Positions 26,163-39,458 of a DNA stretch of 64,000 nt are shown here, one piece after another. A program made the translations under genes and the position numbers. Below the pieces are notes generated by a model, which did no database searches, was not told the origin of the DNA, and worked only from the letters and a program-made list of their open reading frames with translations. The stretch comes from Phoronis australis (Eukaryota > Animalia > Phoronida). Numbering within the stretch: the stretch's first letter is position 1; each line of letters opens with the position of its first letter. The DNA lies in NCBI GenBank assembly GCA_002633005.1, contig NMRA01000483.1:175964-239963 (forward strand), given 5' to 3'.

Positions 26163-26600
26163 GCAAGAGCAACGCAGAGTATTGATATGAGCCCACTGTG
26201 TTCATCGCATATAGCGCAGATGGATGATTACTGCAACATTCCCATTTATGGAGCAATGTTTAGCAATTACTTAAAATAGCCTCTAGGAGGTGCTTTTGGT
26301 CTCCGCAATAAGAACACAGCTGACAAGCTCCTAAAAAATTTAAATTTGCACTGGGGCCACAGTGGCAGTGAGATCTGTTGTCACGTTCATAGAAATGCAC
26401 AAATTTCACAAAGATCCAGTAGGGAGAAACAGCTGCCGAGGCAAAAAAACAAACAGCCACTAGGAGGAGCCACAATAATCAAACTGTCTAAATGGGCTGA
26501 CTGTGCATTTCCCAGTAGGAACACATTTACCAAATTTCATAATGATTCTTTGAGTGGTTTGGCCAATAGAGAAACGGATGCCAAAACCAAGCTCAGCCGA
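26163..26600 (-). mobile_element. Family A Helentron-like fragment
   Basis: caagagcaacgcagag terminus and gccactaggaggagc unit. Confidence 0.6.
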
Positions 26601-26940
26601 AACAAACTTTGTCAATCCATGTGACTTTACCACGTACAACTACAGTATCTATAGCTTTTGCAACGTTTTTGGAGGGTTTTTCTTATTTTCAAATACACTA
26701 ATTATAATATTTAGGCTATCCCGTGAAACTCAGAGGCTATATGGACAAGTACTGATATCTTGGCATACCTCATTCAATCAAAATACGTTTTAAATCCTCA
26801 AGTTTCCAAACTTCAAGCTAAGAATTTGAGCTTTCATGCAGTTTCAACAAAAACAATTAGCCTCAGTCCACTGAGAAGAAATATCTTGTGTGTACATTTT
26901 TCATCAATGCGACAGAGGCAGTGTGTATCATGCACACTTT

Positions 26941-27170
26941 AATAAAAAATAATTGTCGGCGGTCTGATACACTCTGCACCAGATGTGCGCAAGCCGTGCA
27001 TGTGGGCCCATTGCACTGATCACCTGGAACCATTTATATGCTTTATTAAAAACCGAGCTGAGGAGCTAGAAACCTGACTCAATGGTTTAGCAGTGTGACC
27101 CAGTGAGACTCAAACCCAGAACCTCGAGTAAAGAAAACGGTCACCCATCACACTAGGCCACACTGCCTCC
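26941..27170 (-). mobile_element. tRNA-derived SINE, copy 2, with 13-bp TSD
   Basis: Homologous to 3942-4188; exact direct repeat tcatgcacacttt at 26928-26940 and 27171-27183. Confidence 0.85.
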
Positions 27171-27493
27171 TCATGCACACTTTCCGGCACAGTAACATAC
27201 TTGGAGAGAATATCATTTGCCCATTTAATGTGGTAGGTAACTTGCAAAAATAGACAAAATCCACCATGTAATCTATGAGGTTTGACTGCATTAAGAACGT
27301 TGCAAAGGAATGCATTAAAGCTTAGTTACCAAATAGTAGTGCTTGATTAGCTGTATTCAGGAACTGTTCATATTATCTGATATTCAAATTTACGTTCTTA
27401 ATATAACTGAACAGTGTAAGATTAAAAGTCCGCTCTCACAATTGCACTACCTTGGTCAACTTGACAGTTGAAAGCTACGTAGGTTTACCATAC

Positions 27494-27612
27494 CTGATAG
27501 TTGGAGTAGGCTCCCTTTAAGTTTTCAAACAGTTTAGTGTAATGAGGCAAGTTGTGAAATGTACCCAGATTCTCCTTCTTGTTTTTCTCTTTCTCCAGTG
27601 GAACTTCCTTAT
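27494..27612 (-). CDS. HTT: HTT coding exon 20 of window
   Basis: KEVPLEKEKNKKENLGTFHNLPHYTKLFENLKGAYSNYQ; 119 nt. Confidence 0.93.
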
Positions 27613-27954
27613 CTAAAAACATCAGCACAAAGTCAAGTGTTGCACTAGTACTGTACAATGGGTAAACGGGAATTCATTGGACAGTATAGTTATAATATAT
27701 GTGAATGCATAAAAAGTGACAAGTGAACATTCATACTATACTTTTGTTCTTGACTTCCAAATATTGAGAAGATGAACATAATTTACACAGTCAGAATGTC
27801 CTTTCAATCTGATGTATACCTCCAGGATTTCTGTCCCACAGTGACAAAACATGATGTCCAAAATATAAGAACTATTTACTATACAGTAATTCAATGCCTC
27901 AGTTTGGAATCTTAAAGGTACATTTCATTACACAATATAACCAAAATATTGATA

Positions 27955-28021
27955 TCACAAATTCAGCTTTCACAAATTCAGCTTTCACAATTCAGCTTTC
28001 AAAATTCAGCTTTCACAAATT
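27955..28021. repeat. 14-15-bp tandem repeat x4.5
   Basis: tcacaaattcagctt. Confidence 0.85.
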
Positions 28022-28103
28022 TGTCTCAAAGGGTAATTGATCTCTCCAGGCTGTCGAAAGCAATTTACAGCTCATCAACCTTTGACTTGAAAGGGTTCAA
28101 TTT

Positions 28104-29457
28104 CACGGGTGAGAAACAGCATGTCCGCCGGACCCAAGACATGACCATCGGTCCTCCACAAATTGGGCCAACTCACCACAAAATGGGACCTACGCAAATA
28201 AAATGGGACCACCACACCAGAAAATGGGACTGACGCACCTAATAACTGTCCCACCACAAAATGCCGGAGACTGAACACGACCATCAGACAAAATGTTATC
28301 AATGCCTGTGTGATACTTGTTATGACGTAGCCAGTCAGTTAGCTGTATGAAAACTATCGTCAAAATACAGCTAGGTGCCATAGTGTGTGTTGAGCTCCAT
28401 TAGATCCCCAAACTTTCACAAAACCTGAGTAGTTATGCTCGTAACCTCGTAATGAAACTTATATCATAATGTAGAGTTAACGACCAACGGGGTGCATGCA
28501 AAATCTGGAAGTCAACTGACACTCACTTTGCCTGTTGCAGCTGTTTAAGTGAAAAACAATGATCCAATAAACATCATTTTCTTGCATAATTCTACGCCTT
28601 TTGTAACAAACAAAAAACCTGTCTTCGTTTTGAAAACAGTGCACTCGTGAAACACGCATGTGCCATTTTTTTAAATTTTGCGACATTTCTTACGACGAGA
28701 TGATGACAGCTTCACAGCAGCGAAATTTATTATGAAATTTGGTTTGATGGTATGTACTAAAAGCTTGTAACGAAATGAAACCACAGTTCTAATAATTTGT
28801 AGTGACATGTACATAAACCTCGTGGAAGAGAAGAACAGTTGATTAAAGAATCGGGGGAAAAAAGAAACTGGCCAATAGGTGACACAATATTTCATGACAC
28901 CGAAAGCTGATGCAAAAGACCGCATCACAATTTTAGCAGTCGAATAAGAGTAGAACGCCAACATTTTCCAACACTGATTAATAATTTAGTTTACTCAGGG
29001 AAAAATGTAGTTTTTAATGACACTAATTTTGTGTCAGGTTTTATTTGGTCAGCTTTTTACCCATATCGGGGCAAAGCTGTATGCACTAAGGCTAGTTATG
29101 ACGATAATTTACCCAAGAACCTGTTTATATCCTCGAACCCGTTTTTTTACGACTAAAACGTCATACTGGAAAAAATGAGTTTTATTATGTTCTAAAACTT
29201 ACGCAGTGGAAAAAAATCTTTGGGTTACAATTGTTAATTTTAAATGTTGACCTTCTTTCAATTGTTTATATGTCATCTGAGTGGTGGGGCGGCCAAGTTT
29301 CAATCCCCATTGATCATGTTCAGTCTTCGGCAGTCCTGTTTTGTGATGGAGCGGTCTCATTTGATCCCCGAAGCTCCTGCTTTGTGGTGAGTTGGTCCAA
29401 TTTCGAGGACTGGCAGTCATGTTTTGGGCTGGGTGGTCATGTTGTTTCTCACCCGTG
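28104..29457. mobile_element. Non-autonomous DNA transposon with CAC termini and long imperfect TIRs
   Basis: cacgggtgagaaac...gtttctcacccgtg; inverted similarity extends at least 80 bp (ccaactcaccacaaa / tttgtggtgagttgg). Confidence 0.7.
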
Positions 29458-30150
29458 AACTTCGTACAAATTGGTCAACATCGTCAAAAGTGAATGGTTT
29501 CTGATGCTCATATAACTGGCTGACGAGCCCGAGTGATCTGCTTCCCCAATATCATTCTTTATCATGGCAAGGAAACACTGTTTAAGATCACTTTAAATGA
29601 TTATGCTCATTCAGAAACCTACTAAAATTAAAATATATTAAACTTACAGAGAATTAATACTCATTCTTTAATGTGATCCACAGAAAGAGTCAAAAAACAG
29701 TCATAATTCTAAAGAATTGTTAAAATGCTTCAAACACATAAGCCATGTCTCTGAAACAGCAAAACTGCACTCAGTAAATCTCTCATTTTGTGACTCATTT
29801 TTGTAATGACTACCTTGACTTAAAGCAGACCGTCAAGATTTATATATTATTCGTAAAGACAGTGTTCTTTCATCATAGCAAAAACGTTCACTTGAAAGAT
29901 CATTATACATCAAATCATCAAAAATTCCAGAACACATTGTAATGTTTCATGACTGTAAAATACGCAACCTCACGTTTCCTTCAAAACGCTTGTGACTGAC
30001 TTAGCTAACTCCAGATATACCTTTGATAAAATTGGACCTTGCTTTTTGTTAATACATCCAAGTCAGTATTTAGATATCCTCAGGCTATACGTATTACTAA
30101 GATTTACATTGAACATTAGACACAGACTACAAAGAGCTGCATCTGAATAC

Positions 30151-30335
30151 CTTTAATCAGCTTGGCACTTTGCTTGGCATCTGCTGGCAGTGAAGGCGGC
30201 ACTGCCTCTTTGTCCTTAGCTTTCTTTCTCATGGGACTAATAGATGTTGGTGTAGGAAGAGAGGGCAGCACTGGTTTACTGTGCGGAGGGCCTGGGGGTT
30301 GCTCCTCAACTACGTGACTACAAATGTTGAGCAGT
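30151..30335 (-). CDS. HTT: HTT coding exon 19 of window
   Basis: LLNICSHVVEEQPPGPPHSKPVLPSLPTPTSISPMRKKAKDKE...; 185 nt. Confidence 0.93.
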
Positions 30336-30639
30336 CTAAAATGGAGAAACATGAAATTGGTGAAAACATTGAAAGCAATTGGTGAAAAAAGCAGTAAAAA
30401 CTTGCTACGGTATCAGAGCCATCAATAAATAACGTACCGTTTTGAGTAAGTTGATAAAAATCTGATGACAAGCTGCCACTCTATGCATGAAAACAGGACA
30501 ACAAAGCTGACAACAAAATGCAACATTTCTAAGGATGGGCATTCAGTGGTAGATGTCACTCATGTTAAAGTTAATAGAAGCTCGTTTGCCACGATTCTTT
30601 GAGGGGTTTGACATCTTGAGACTGAGGCGGATATCAAAA

Positions 30640-31847
30640 GTGAATATTACGTAACAAATAAAATTGCTGCCAGGGGCACATCACAAGTACGAACTGCCCA
30701 AAAAAGAAACTACTGCTCAGTACTGGATAAAATATTATCAGTCAAATGCAATGAGAACCTTTTATCACACTTGAAAGATCTTGAAACAACTGCAAAGAAA
30801 TGCCAGTTGAGGGAACACAAGTAGTAAAAAAAGTCAAGCCAAGTTTCCATCAATATATTAAAAACATGCGACAAATTCCATCGGAGACTCTTCAAACTGT
30901 TTGTCAGAAAGAAAGGGTGCCAAAATCAGATACCAAAATACCAATGAATTAAACATTAGAGAGACAGTGCACATCACACTGGACCCGTGCAAATATGGTT
31001 AATCGCTAGTCCTCTTAATAGCAAATATTAGTGTCAAATTTCATGAAGTGCCACCATGGGACTTGATAATCGAAGAGACTGAAGCAAAACAAAAAAATGT
31101 CATATGGGGAACACAGCTAGATCCATCATAAGTCACGGTAAGCCATCCTCTTAACACCTACCACATTGATCCAGGACAATCCTTTACTGAATGTGGTAGA
31201 TATTGAGACAGAAACAAAAATTGCCACTAAGGGGTGTAGCAGTTGCTGGTCAAGATTTCTCTGAAAAACACCCATCAGTCATGCTAACCTCACTAAAAAC
31301 AGTAAATTTCACTACGATCTTAAAACTAACTTAACTGGTAGATATTGAGACTGGTACAAACAAATAAAGGAAGCATCCTGGTGTTCAGATCCATCCGAAA
31401 TTTAATGTAAGCCACGATATTGTCAACAGAAACATATCCCCAAATTGCATGACGATCCTTCAAACCATCAGGCAGAGAGTGAAATGGATCCCAACAGAAC
31501 AAAAATTATTAAAATTTCTACTAAGGGACGCAGCACCAATTGATAGTAAAAAAATTACGGGTAGCGTCATCTCTTAGGGGAATCATATCTTCCAAATTTC
31601 ATATGGATGTTGCATGTAACTACACTCAGGTAGATTAACAGGCATGGCAGGAGTTTGATATGCTTTAAAGTTGTCATCTGTCATCAGCTTCATAGGAACC
31701 CATTTGGATTTTATTTCGTAATTTCATGAAGATCCTTCAAGTAGTTTAGAAGATACAGCAGTGAAAGCCAGATGCATGACAAAGGATGTCCAGATAGAGA
31801 CAATGCAAACAGCAACATGTTTCTATATAAGATATGCAGGCGTATAC
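30640..31847 (-). mobile_element. Family A Helentron-like element, strongly decayed
   Basis: Degenerate units (ttgccactaaggggtg, aaatttcatgaag, tttagaagatacagc); boundaries approximate. Confidence 0.55.
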
Positions 31848-32439
31848 ATTTTCAAACTGGCCATGCCTGTATTCAGGAAGAAAGACAACAAAGCAAGGCT
31901 AACAGGCTAATAACTGGTCATAAATGGTCAAAAACAGACTAAACACCATAACAGCAGGTCATGATGATGCGGTGTGCACTATACATGCAAATCAAAAAAT
32001 GGTGAGTTTACATAAAGCTAGTCAACAAACAACACATCCTGTTTTTGACCACTGCTACGGTATAGTTAGGTGAAAGCCAAAAGTAAACGTTTATAAACAT
32101 ACTAATAGCTACAAATTACTATATTGGATCCAGTCTTTTGTCATGCCATCAATAACACTGAAATCTCAGGAAATTATTGTCAACCCTCAACTGAACCCAA
32201 ATGCCACTTCATGATCACGTTTTGTGTTTCTGCTGCTTCAGTGCACCCGTGTTCATTTCGTGGCATACTACTGAAAAACAAGTCATGTTCTGACATTAAC
32301 AACAATCTACATTTAGGGTTTTCAAAGTACTGAAAATACAACTTAACTCCAGACCTATCAAGTATAACGCTGATCAAATTAATTGGTTTGAAGGTCATTG
32401 TCCAATTACATGTGAAAGTCAAAACAACTTATCACCTAC

Positions 32440-32575
32440 TTAGCTAAGTGACTCAAAAGAGAGTCAGCTGACGGCACCATTAGTCTGTCCTGCAGTGACC
32501 CCCAGTGACCATCATCAGAGTTACTATTGCTTCCACCCGGATCTTCAACTTTTTTCAAACACTTGTAAGATGCAC
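32440..32575 (-). CDS. HTT: HTT coding exon 18 of window
   Basis: ASYKCLKKVEDPGGSNSNSDDGHWGSLQDRLMVPSADSLLSHLAK (human [22 protein letters not shown]); 136 nt. Confidence 0.92.
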
Positions 32576-34206
32576 CTGTTAAAATAAAATTTAACAATTA
32601 AAAACATTATTATGCATCACTAACAATTTGCTTTGCCATGCTCAAATTGTGACTGGCCATTCTAACTAATTCCTGAAATGAATGGAAAACACAGCTATTC
32701 AACTTCGCACTTTGAGATTCCATCTGTTGAACTGTGTTAAGATTGAAATGTTTTAAGAAATTTGGCTACGTATAAAAGACGGAGAAAAGAATTCATCATA
32801 AGTACTCTAAATTGCTAGCTTCCGCGTTAAGCACCAATGACATCAGCATTAATCAAGATTGTTAAAATAACAAGGCTTGCACACAAAGACTGTGACCATT
32901 TATGCCATTATCTCAGTGACACCATGTTGCATGGAGGCAAGTAGCAACACAGCAATTATATAGTACAACCAAGTTGAGTGATTGAGGACATTTCTTACCC
33001 AACTAACATGTATAATATGTTCTGTTGCGAAGTGATTGAGCTCGTCCGTACAAGCCCGAAAATATTTTCGTTTCTCTCACTATACGTCTAATAAACCAAA
33101 TGCTGATGCCACTTTTCGCTGCATTATGTCACAAACTCATTTTCCCCTCATGACACAGGCACCCACCATATGTCTAAAGATCTAATTCATGAAATGTAGT
33201 CCATCAATACCTGACACTGGCACTTGCCCTTTGTACTCGCTTCATTTCGGCCAGTTAAGTTTCATAATCATCGGTACTCCCTTGCACAAAAAAAATAATT
33301 CAAAGTTTTGTAATTGTTTCACTAACTGTTCCCTTCTAAGTGGACATGGGAATGAAATATTGTTGTGATATACCTCCAACCACAAGTTAGTTTAGACATC
33401 TCAACTAGACGTTTACCTCACAGCTTGTAAAGGCCCTACTCATCCGATTGTGGAACAGGTCATTAATTTCTGACACCAAAAAGAACACAACTAAGTGACA
33501 CTCCTCTTGTACTTGCCAATACTCTGGCGTCACCATTTGGAGGAATTTTTCATCATGGCTTAGAAAGATGAAACATTTCTTATTTGGTTAATTAGCTTGG
33601 TTTACATGACATAAATTAACCAGTGAGTATTAAGGAAATCTCCCTTTAATTGGTAAGCACAATGGAAATGGTCCTTTAATTAAACAAACAAATTTAACAA
33701 ATTTCCCCATCTTTTTGGAACAACTGCACATGCTAGAGACACTTTTCACTTGCACATAACTATCATGAATTTTCTTTAAAAACAACGTAGCATAATACCA
33801 GTTCAAGCAAGCCTCCATGTGTCCATGTGGCACAATACAAAACATTTTCAGCAACCAATTAAGTATTAAGGCAGTTTTTAACCTCCGTCCCTTGCAGCCA
33901 TTATAGCTTCGGTGCAATATGTGGCAGTGATGTTTTTCCTATATCAGAAATCATAAAAACAGTCACTACTCTGATAATACGCAACCAGTCTGTGAAGCAA
34001 GTTTTTTAAAAATATATTTTCCTGTAGCAAATCAAATCTCAAAAGAACACCAAAATGTGTATTTCACCCTACACAATACATGTACAATACAGTACAGCTC
34101 GAAATTACATACGCTCAATCCATAGTTACCAAAGAAAAAAGGAAACGCACCCTTCTCTGAAGCCTGTTGCTAGCAAAGTGCCCGACACATATAGTCACGC
34201 CCACAT

Positions 34207-35984
34207 AGACCCTATTCACGCCGACAGGAGGCGCATTCCAAAACGAGGCTCGCTACGATGCTCTGTTAGCTTATCGGCATAGTTCTGTGTTTCAGACCGT
34301 GTTGTTCCGCAAACGGCTAGAAAAAATACGGACATGCAATTGTCCGCTTCACAGTCTCTACAGACGTTGAGATTCGGAAGCGTTAGGTCGTTGCCGCGAC
34401 GATGCAAAATATGTCCGTGTAAAATTTATAAATGTTTTCGAAAAGTTAGATCATATTTTGTCGCATGTCGGTCACTAGTTGTTCCTAAGCATCATAGTAA
34501 CGACCGGAGAATGGGCCAGCCAGGCTGTGTTTTCATGACTACGGATTTAGGGGAAGGGGGAGCCTAAAATAGTATTAGATCCCATTTTGAGTTCAGGTGC
34601 GAATTGCTGACTAGCAGGCGCAACCAGGGCGGGTCTTGGGGGTGAATAAACAACGCTGAATCAGAACCCCGTTACCGTTTTTGTTTTTAGTCAACAGGTC
34701 CGCAAACCCAAGAATTCATGACCCCTGCATCCCCAGAGTTTAAGCTGGGCGCGCGCATCTGCCGAAATGCTGCTTATTCCTGTGCCCTGCCCCCCTAACT
34801 GAAAAACCTGGATCCGCCCCTGCTACGGGTTGAAACATTATATTTTTTTCCAAAAAGGACTGGGCCCTCAATCCCTCAAATTGGGGGCCCAATATCGGCC
34901 CTATTCCCCTCTCAAACATATTGAAATATCACGCGAAATTCCCCCCACGAGGCATAAAAATTCCCCAAGTGAAAAATCTCTCTGAGTTCACATCACCTGT
35001 AACCACGCAGGTGACAATTTTTAAGAGCACAAAAGGCTACTTTAAATTGAGGCAGAGCCTATGAGAGCTTGCAACAGGGCGGGGGTGCTATTGATGGTGA
35101 TCGGGAGGTAGATCGTTCCCGCCCTCACTCGGCGAAAAAATCGCCTCTCAGTTGGCACTGGCACTGTTCTCCTCGGATGAAAGATGCCTCTGCAGAAACA
35201 CGATAACTATGATTGCATTGTCCAGTTAACTGAAATTGAGTTCTAAAACGATGTTATGTTTTGGACGAACGAATTGGGTGTTTTAATTTTAAAATTCAAC
35301 TTGGTCCAGATTGATTTTTGAAATCTAACTCATGAAATAGACGTAAGAATTATTACAACCAAGAAAGCATTGATGGTCAAATAATTTTTATTTTCAATTA
35401 CGAGCCTGGTTTTTTATTTTAATAAAAATATATTTAATAACATCAATTATTCTTTCAGACCAATGACAAATCAACTGTTAGTCCCAGTGAGTGCATAGGA
35501 TCAGGCTATGCTTGATGTTAATATTCTTGATCAACAAATTAAACCATATGTGACTAATTGCACATGACAGACACCACTGTCGAATATGTCTTCAACTCGT
35601 CAACAATACGAGCAGATGACCTGGTCCGCGTAGAAAGTATTTTGATCAACAATTTACAAGAAAAAACGTAACCCTGCATTCAGCATAATACCTAATCCGT
35701 AACACTACGATCGCCGCAATTTGGTCATATTTACTTTTCATGTTTCGAACCTAGTTTTCCGAAAAAAATTAAACCCTTTCGTCAGACAACTCTTTGGCGC
35801 CTTAACTTGTTCTCTAATGTAATTTTCTACGTCTCTGTGGTTAATTGTCGACACATCATTAAAATTTAATATCCAGGTTGGACTCGAAAGACCGGCTATT
35901 TAACTCACGCAATGTCTACTTTCGCTTTGTTTATCGCAGTGAGCCTCGCTTTGGATCTTAATGGCCGCCGCGTGAATAGGGTCT
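34207..35984. mobile_element. ISL2EU-like non-autonomous DNA transposon, copy 2 (longer)
   Basis: Perfect 15-bp TIR agaccctattcacgc / gcgtgaatagggtct with AT on both flanks; AT TSD and RR..YY termini fit ISL2EU (superfamily assignment is inference). Confidence 0.72.
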
Positions 35985-36210
35985 ATGCCCACGCAACAAA
36001 GGCGCACTGAGACGCAACAAATACATTTAGCATTAGAATAAAATTAAGCATAGCAATAAAGTTAACGTACGTCCCGTCACATTCATATTTCTGATACTGT
36101 AGAATCGCTATTTTATAAAAACTAATTGTTGCATCATAGAATAGCAGATTTTTCTTTGACATATAGTACTAAACCTTTGCAAACTCGATAATTCAAAACT
36201 AAGAACTTAC

Positions 36211-36374
36211 CAGCAAACAGATTGGCTGCCAGAAGTAAGGCATCCCGGTGTGTGTTCAGGTCAAGGGTCACACTAGAGGACGTCAGCAACGACAGCACCA
36301 GTGGAAGGGACCCTCCGCCTAATCCCATGCTGAGGTCATCAAGACTGAGTGAGTTGAAGTTATAGCCTGAAATA
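36211..36374 (-). CDS. HTT: HTT coding exon 17 of window
   Basis: ...GGGSLPLVLSLLTSSSVTLDLNTHRDALLLAANLFA; donor GTAAGT; acceptor 36374 (alternative 36366). Confidence 0.87.
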
Positions 36375-36682
36375 CTACAGAACAGTCCAACCACGTGACA
36401 AATGTACCACTTTGACACAGTTTTGTCCATTACATTTCATTCAACACAAATTACTTTCAAGCAGTAAGAATGTTTTTAATGTGCAAGGTCACTTTGGATT
36501 AAACCAAAGGGGTTTCAATCCTACATGAAACAGACATTTGCTAACCACTGGTTTTATTAGTTTTTATTGCAGCAAATACGAATGTTTTCAATATTTTCAG
36601 GATCATATTAGAATGTTTGTAAAACAGTACACAGACATAAACTATATAATTAGCACTAAAAATGCACCACATGGGACCGCAC

Positions 36683-36816
36683 CTGTTCTTGCTAGGTGTG
36701 GAGGGCAGAGACTCTTTACTGGCCACAGGTGTACATGGTGAGCAGCACCAGGCACCAGCAAACTGTGTCACAGGGTAGGCTTCAGACACAGTGAACAGGG
36801 CGTGGCAGCAACCAGA
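36683..36816 (-). CDS. HTT: HTT coding exon 16 of window
   Basis: SGCCHALFTVSEAYPVTQFAGAWCC...; donor AG|GTGCGG (alternative donor at 36720 possible). Confidence 0.85.
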
Positions 36817-36884
36817 CTGAAGGAAAAGAATGTTACATCAATCAATACAGCTCAAGACGGCCAGAAATTGGACTAATTTTGTAA

Positions 36885-38070
36885 CACGAGCTACAACAAA
36901 GTTTTGATACACCCCCTGTGTGCATTGTATATCGCACAGATACAAGAGATGATCATTGTTTTGAACATTCCCACTAAACAGAGCAATGCTAGTAAACTCA
37001 ATAGCCTCTAGGGGGTGCAAAGCAGGTCACAAAATGTTCTCCTCAGTAAGAACACACTTGCCACCTTTTATTATGACTCTTCAAGAAGTTAGGTGGTATA
37101 CAATGAGACAAACCCATCCAAAAGTGGAAAGGTGTTGTCACCATATTTCATGAAAGTTCATCAAGGAACTCTGAAGATAGTGACGAAAACGTAAAAAAAT
37201 AAGATTGCCACTAGGGGGCACAACGGTTATCCTCATTTATTGTCAAACTCCTACTCAAATTTAGGAAAGATTGTTCTCTTTTTTCCATATCCTGCAAATG
37301 GTTTAAGAGACACAGCCGCAGACAAGAAAAAAATGCCACTAGTGGAAGACACAGTAGTCGATGCCACCTATTTGCCAAATTTTATGAAAATCCGTTAAGG
37401 AATTCCGAAGATAAAGAAGAAAACAAAAATTAGAGTTGAAATTAGGAGGCATAGTGGCAGTCAGATTTGTGCGAAAGACGTCGTCGTCTGTTGCCACTGT
37501 CAGAAAAAACACTCATTAAAATTAACATAAAGTTCCTGTAAGGGGATCGTGAGATACAGTCAGACACAATATACAAAACCGCCACTAGGTGCCAGAGCAG
37601 TCGAAGCTGTCCAAAAATCATCATCAGCCATCCTCTTCCCAGTAGGAACACATATACTGATTTTCATAACCATATTTAACGTGGTCTAGCCGATAAAGAG
37701 GTGGACACCAAAGACTCAAAAAAGGTAAAAACAGCCACTAGGTTACACAGAATACCTGGAAGCCAACCAAAACGAAAAGACAGTGTTATCTCCTTAATAG
37801 ACATCTATCCAATTTCACAAAAGTCCGTAAAGCAACTCCAAAAATACAGAGAAGCAAACATAAAAACTATAATTGCCACTTGGGGGCACACTAGTATTCC
37901 GATATATCCAAAATTCCCTCATGTCATTCCATTCATGACAGAAACATGTCATGTTAACAAACATCCATCACAGGTTTTGGCGATACAGCGACAGACACTG
38001 GACAGATGACAGACATACAGACGGACAGCCGGGGATGATGGCATAATGTACCCAATAAATTTTTCTTTGA
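36885..38070 (-). mobile_element. Family A Helentron-like element, diverged
   Basis: Units with ttgccactagggggcac / gccactaggtgcc; GACA/GGAC microsatellite and gatgatggcataatg end. Confidence 0.7.
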
Positions 38071-38963
38071 AAAAATAAAAAAACCTCTACAAATCGGATC
38101 TAGAGAACTTAAAGTTGAGTCACTGTGATAAACTATTCAGAAATACAGGACATCCACAAAACAATGCATAACAATACTGTAAGACATGAAAACACAAGAA
38201 GATGGTTTTAATGAGAATGAACAAGACATGACAATGCTATTGGAGACATCATTTATGAATAATTATACCCAGCGCATGGATTAACCAACTTAAATATCGC
38301 AAAAGTTTGACAATGAGGCTAAAGATGAAGAACACAGACACAGTCAAAGGTATACACAGGAAGAAATTGGACGTAATTCCACTGTCAAAGAACGGAGTGT
38401 TGCAGTAAGCAACTACCAGCGAACAAATTGTTTGCTGTTGGCTTCTTTTAGAAGATCACATGCCAGATTTCCAATGCATTTTGTGAATTTCAATAAATAC
38501 TTTATGCCACATACGTCTTGATAATACCCTACAATAACCGTGTCACCTGTCTGTGCAACAACCCAAAAGGTTATTGTACAGTCATGTGACACAGTTATTG
38601 TATGGGAAAGAGAATAGGGTCAGCAAAAATGTGGACTATTCTCTACCATGTGGACAATGGTATACACATTCTAAATAAATATAAGTGATGTCAGGTTTGG
38701 TGGCTGTGCTGTGCAGCAACCTCGGCTAAATCACATCCCCCATATTGTGTAGCTTAACATAATTATAACCAGAGATAAATGATGACTGCAATGCAGTCCA
38801 ATGTAGACCTATAAAACAGTTACTTAATGTTACTCGAGGAGACAGTGTGTTAACTAGTAGTTTAATACATGTCGTAATGTGGTTTTGAAAAGATAACAGA
38901 AAAATACTACCATTCCATGTCACCCAAATAAAATTTAACTGGACAATATCTAAAATGTCTAAC

Positions 38964-39219
38964 CGTTAAATGCTTTGATGTTGATCGCGTGAGCTTATTG
39001 ACAAGTAGTGCCACTACACGGGATAAGTTGAGTTCTGTAGATTGCTTGTAGAACCATGGGTCATCACTGTGGTATGGCCAGACGAGGCCATGTATGAGAG
39101 GGGGAGCTGGCTGCGACCATTCATGAATGATTGGCCGGAGGAATGATTCTGTCAACTCTTTGGCAACTGCAGTGACAGGGTCCTGGTTGTCAGCAATATA
39201 GAAGAGATTGGGTACCAGG
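38964..39219 (-). CDS. HTT: HTT coding exon 15 of window
   Basis: LVPNLFYIADNQDPVTAVAKE...ELNLSRVVALLVNKLTRSTSKHLT; 256 nt. Confidence 0.94.
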
Positions 39220-39458
39220 CTACAAAGATAAGTATGTTACCTTTAAGTGAAACCAACATATAAATAATTAAGAAAATCTTATGAAAGCAACATAGTCTCA
39301 CAGTCCATTTACTCAACTACATCGTACCAAACAGCAAACATGGAAGTCTCAATTGCCACAGCATTTTTGGTGCTTTTTACATTGACTGTTACATCAACTT
39401 TGCTTTTGTCAAGCATGCACAACACAACATTTGTCAGTGATTACAAAACAATTTGTGA

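Noticed and set aside
34198-35992. 8-bp hAT-type TSD (cgcccaca / tgcccacg) for the TIR element
   Set aside because: Only 6/8 match, and the second copy (17827-18868) has no 8-bp duplication, whereas both copies have AT flanks.
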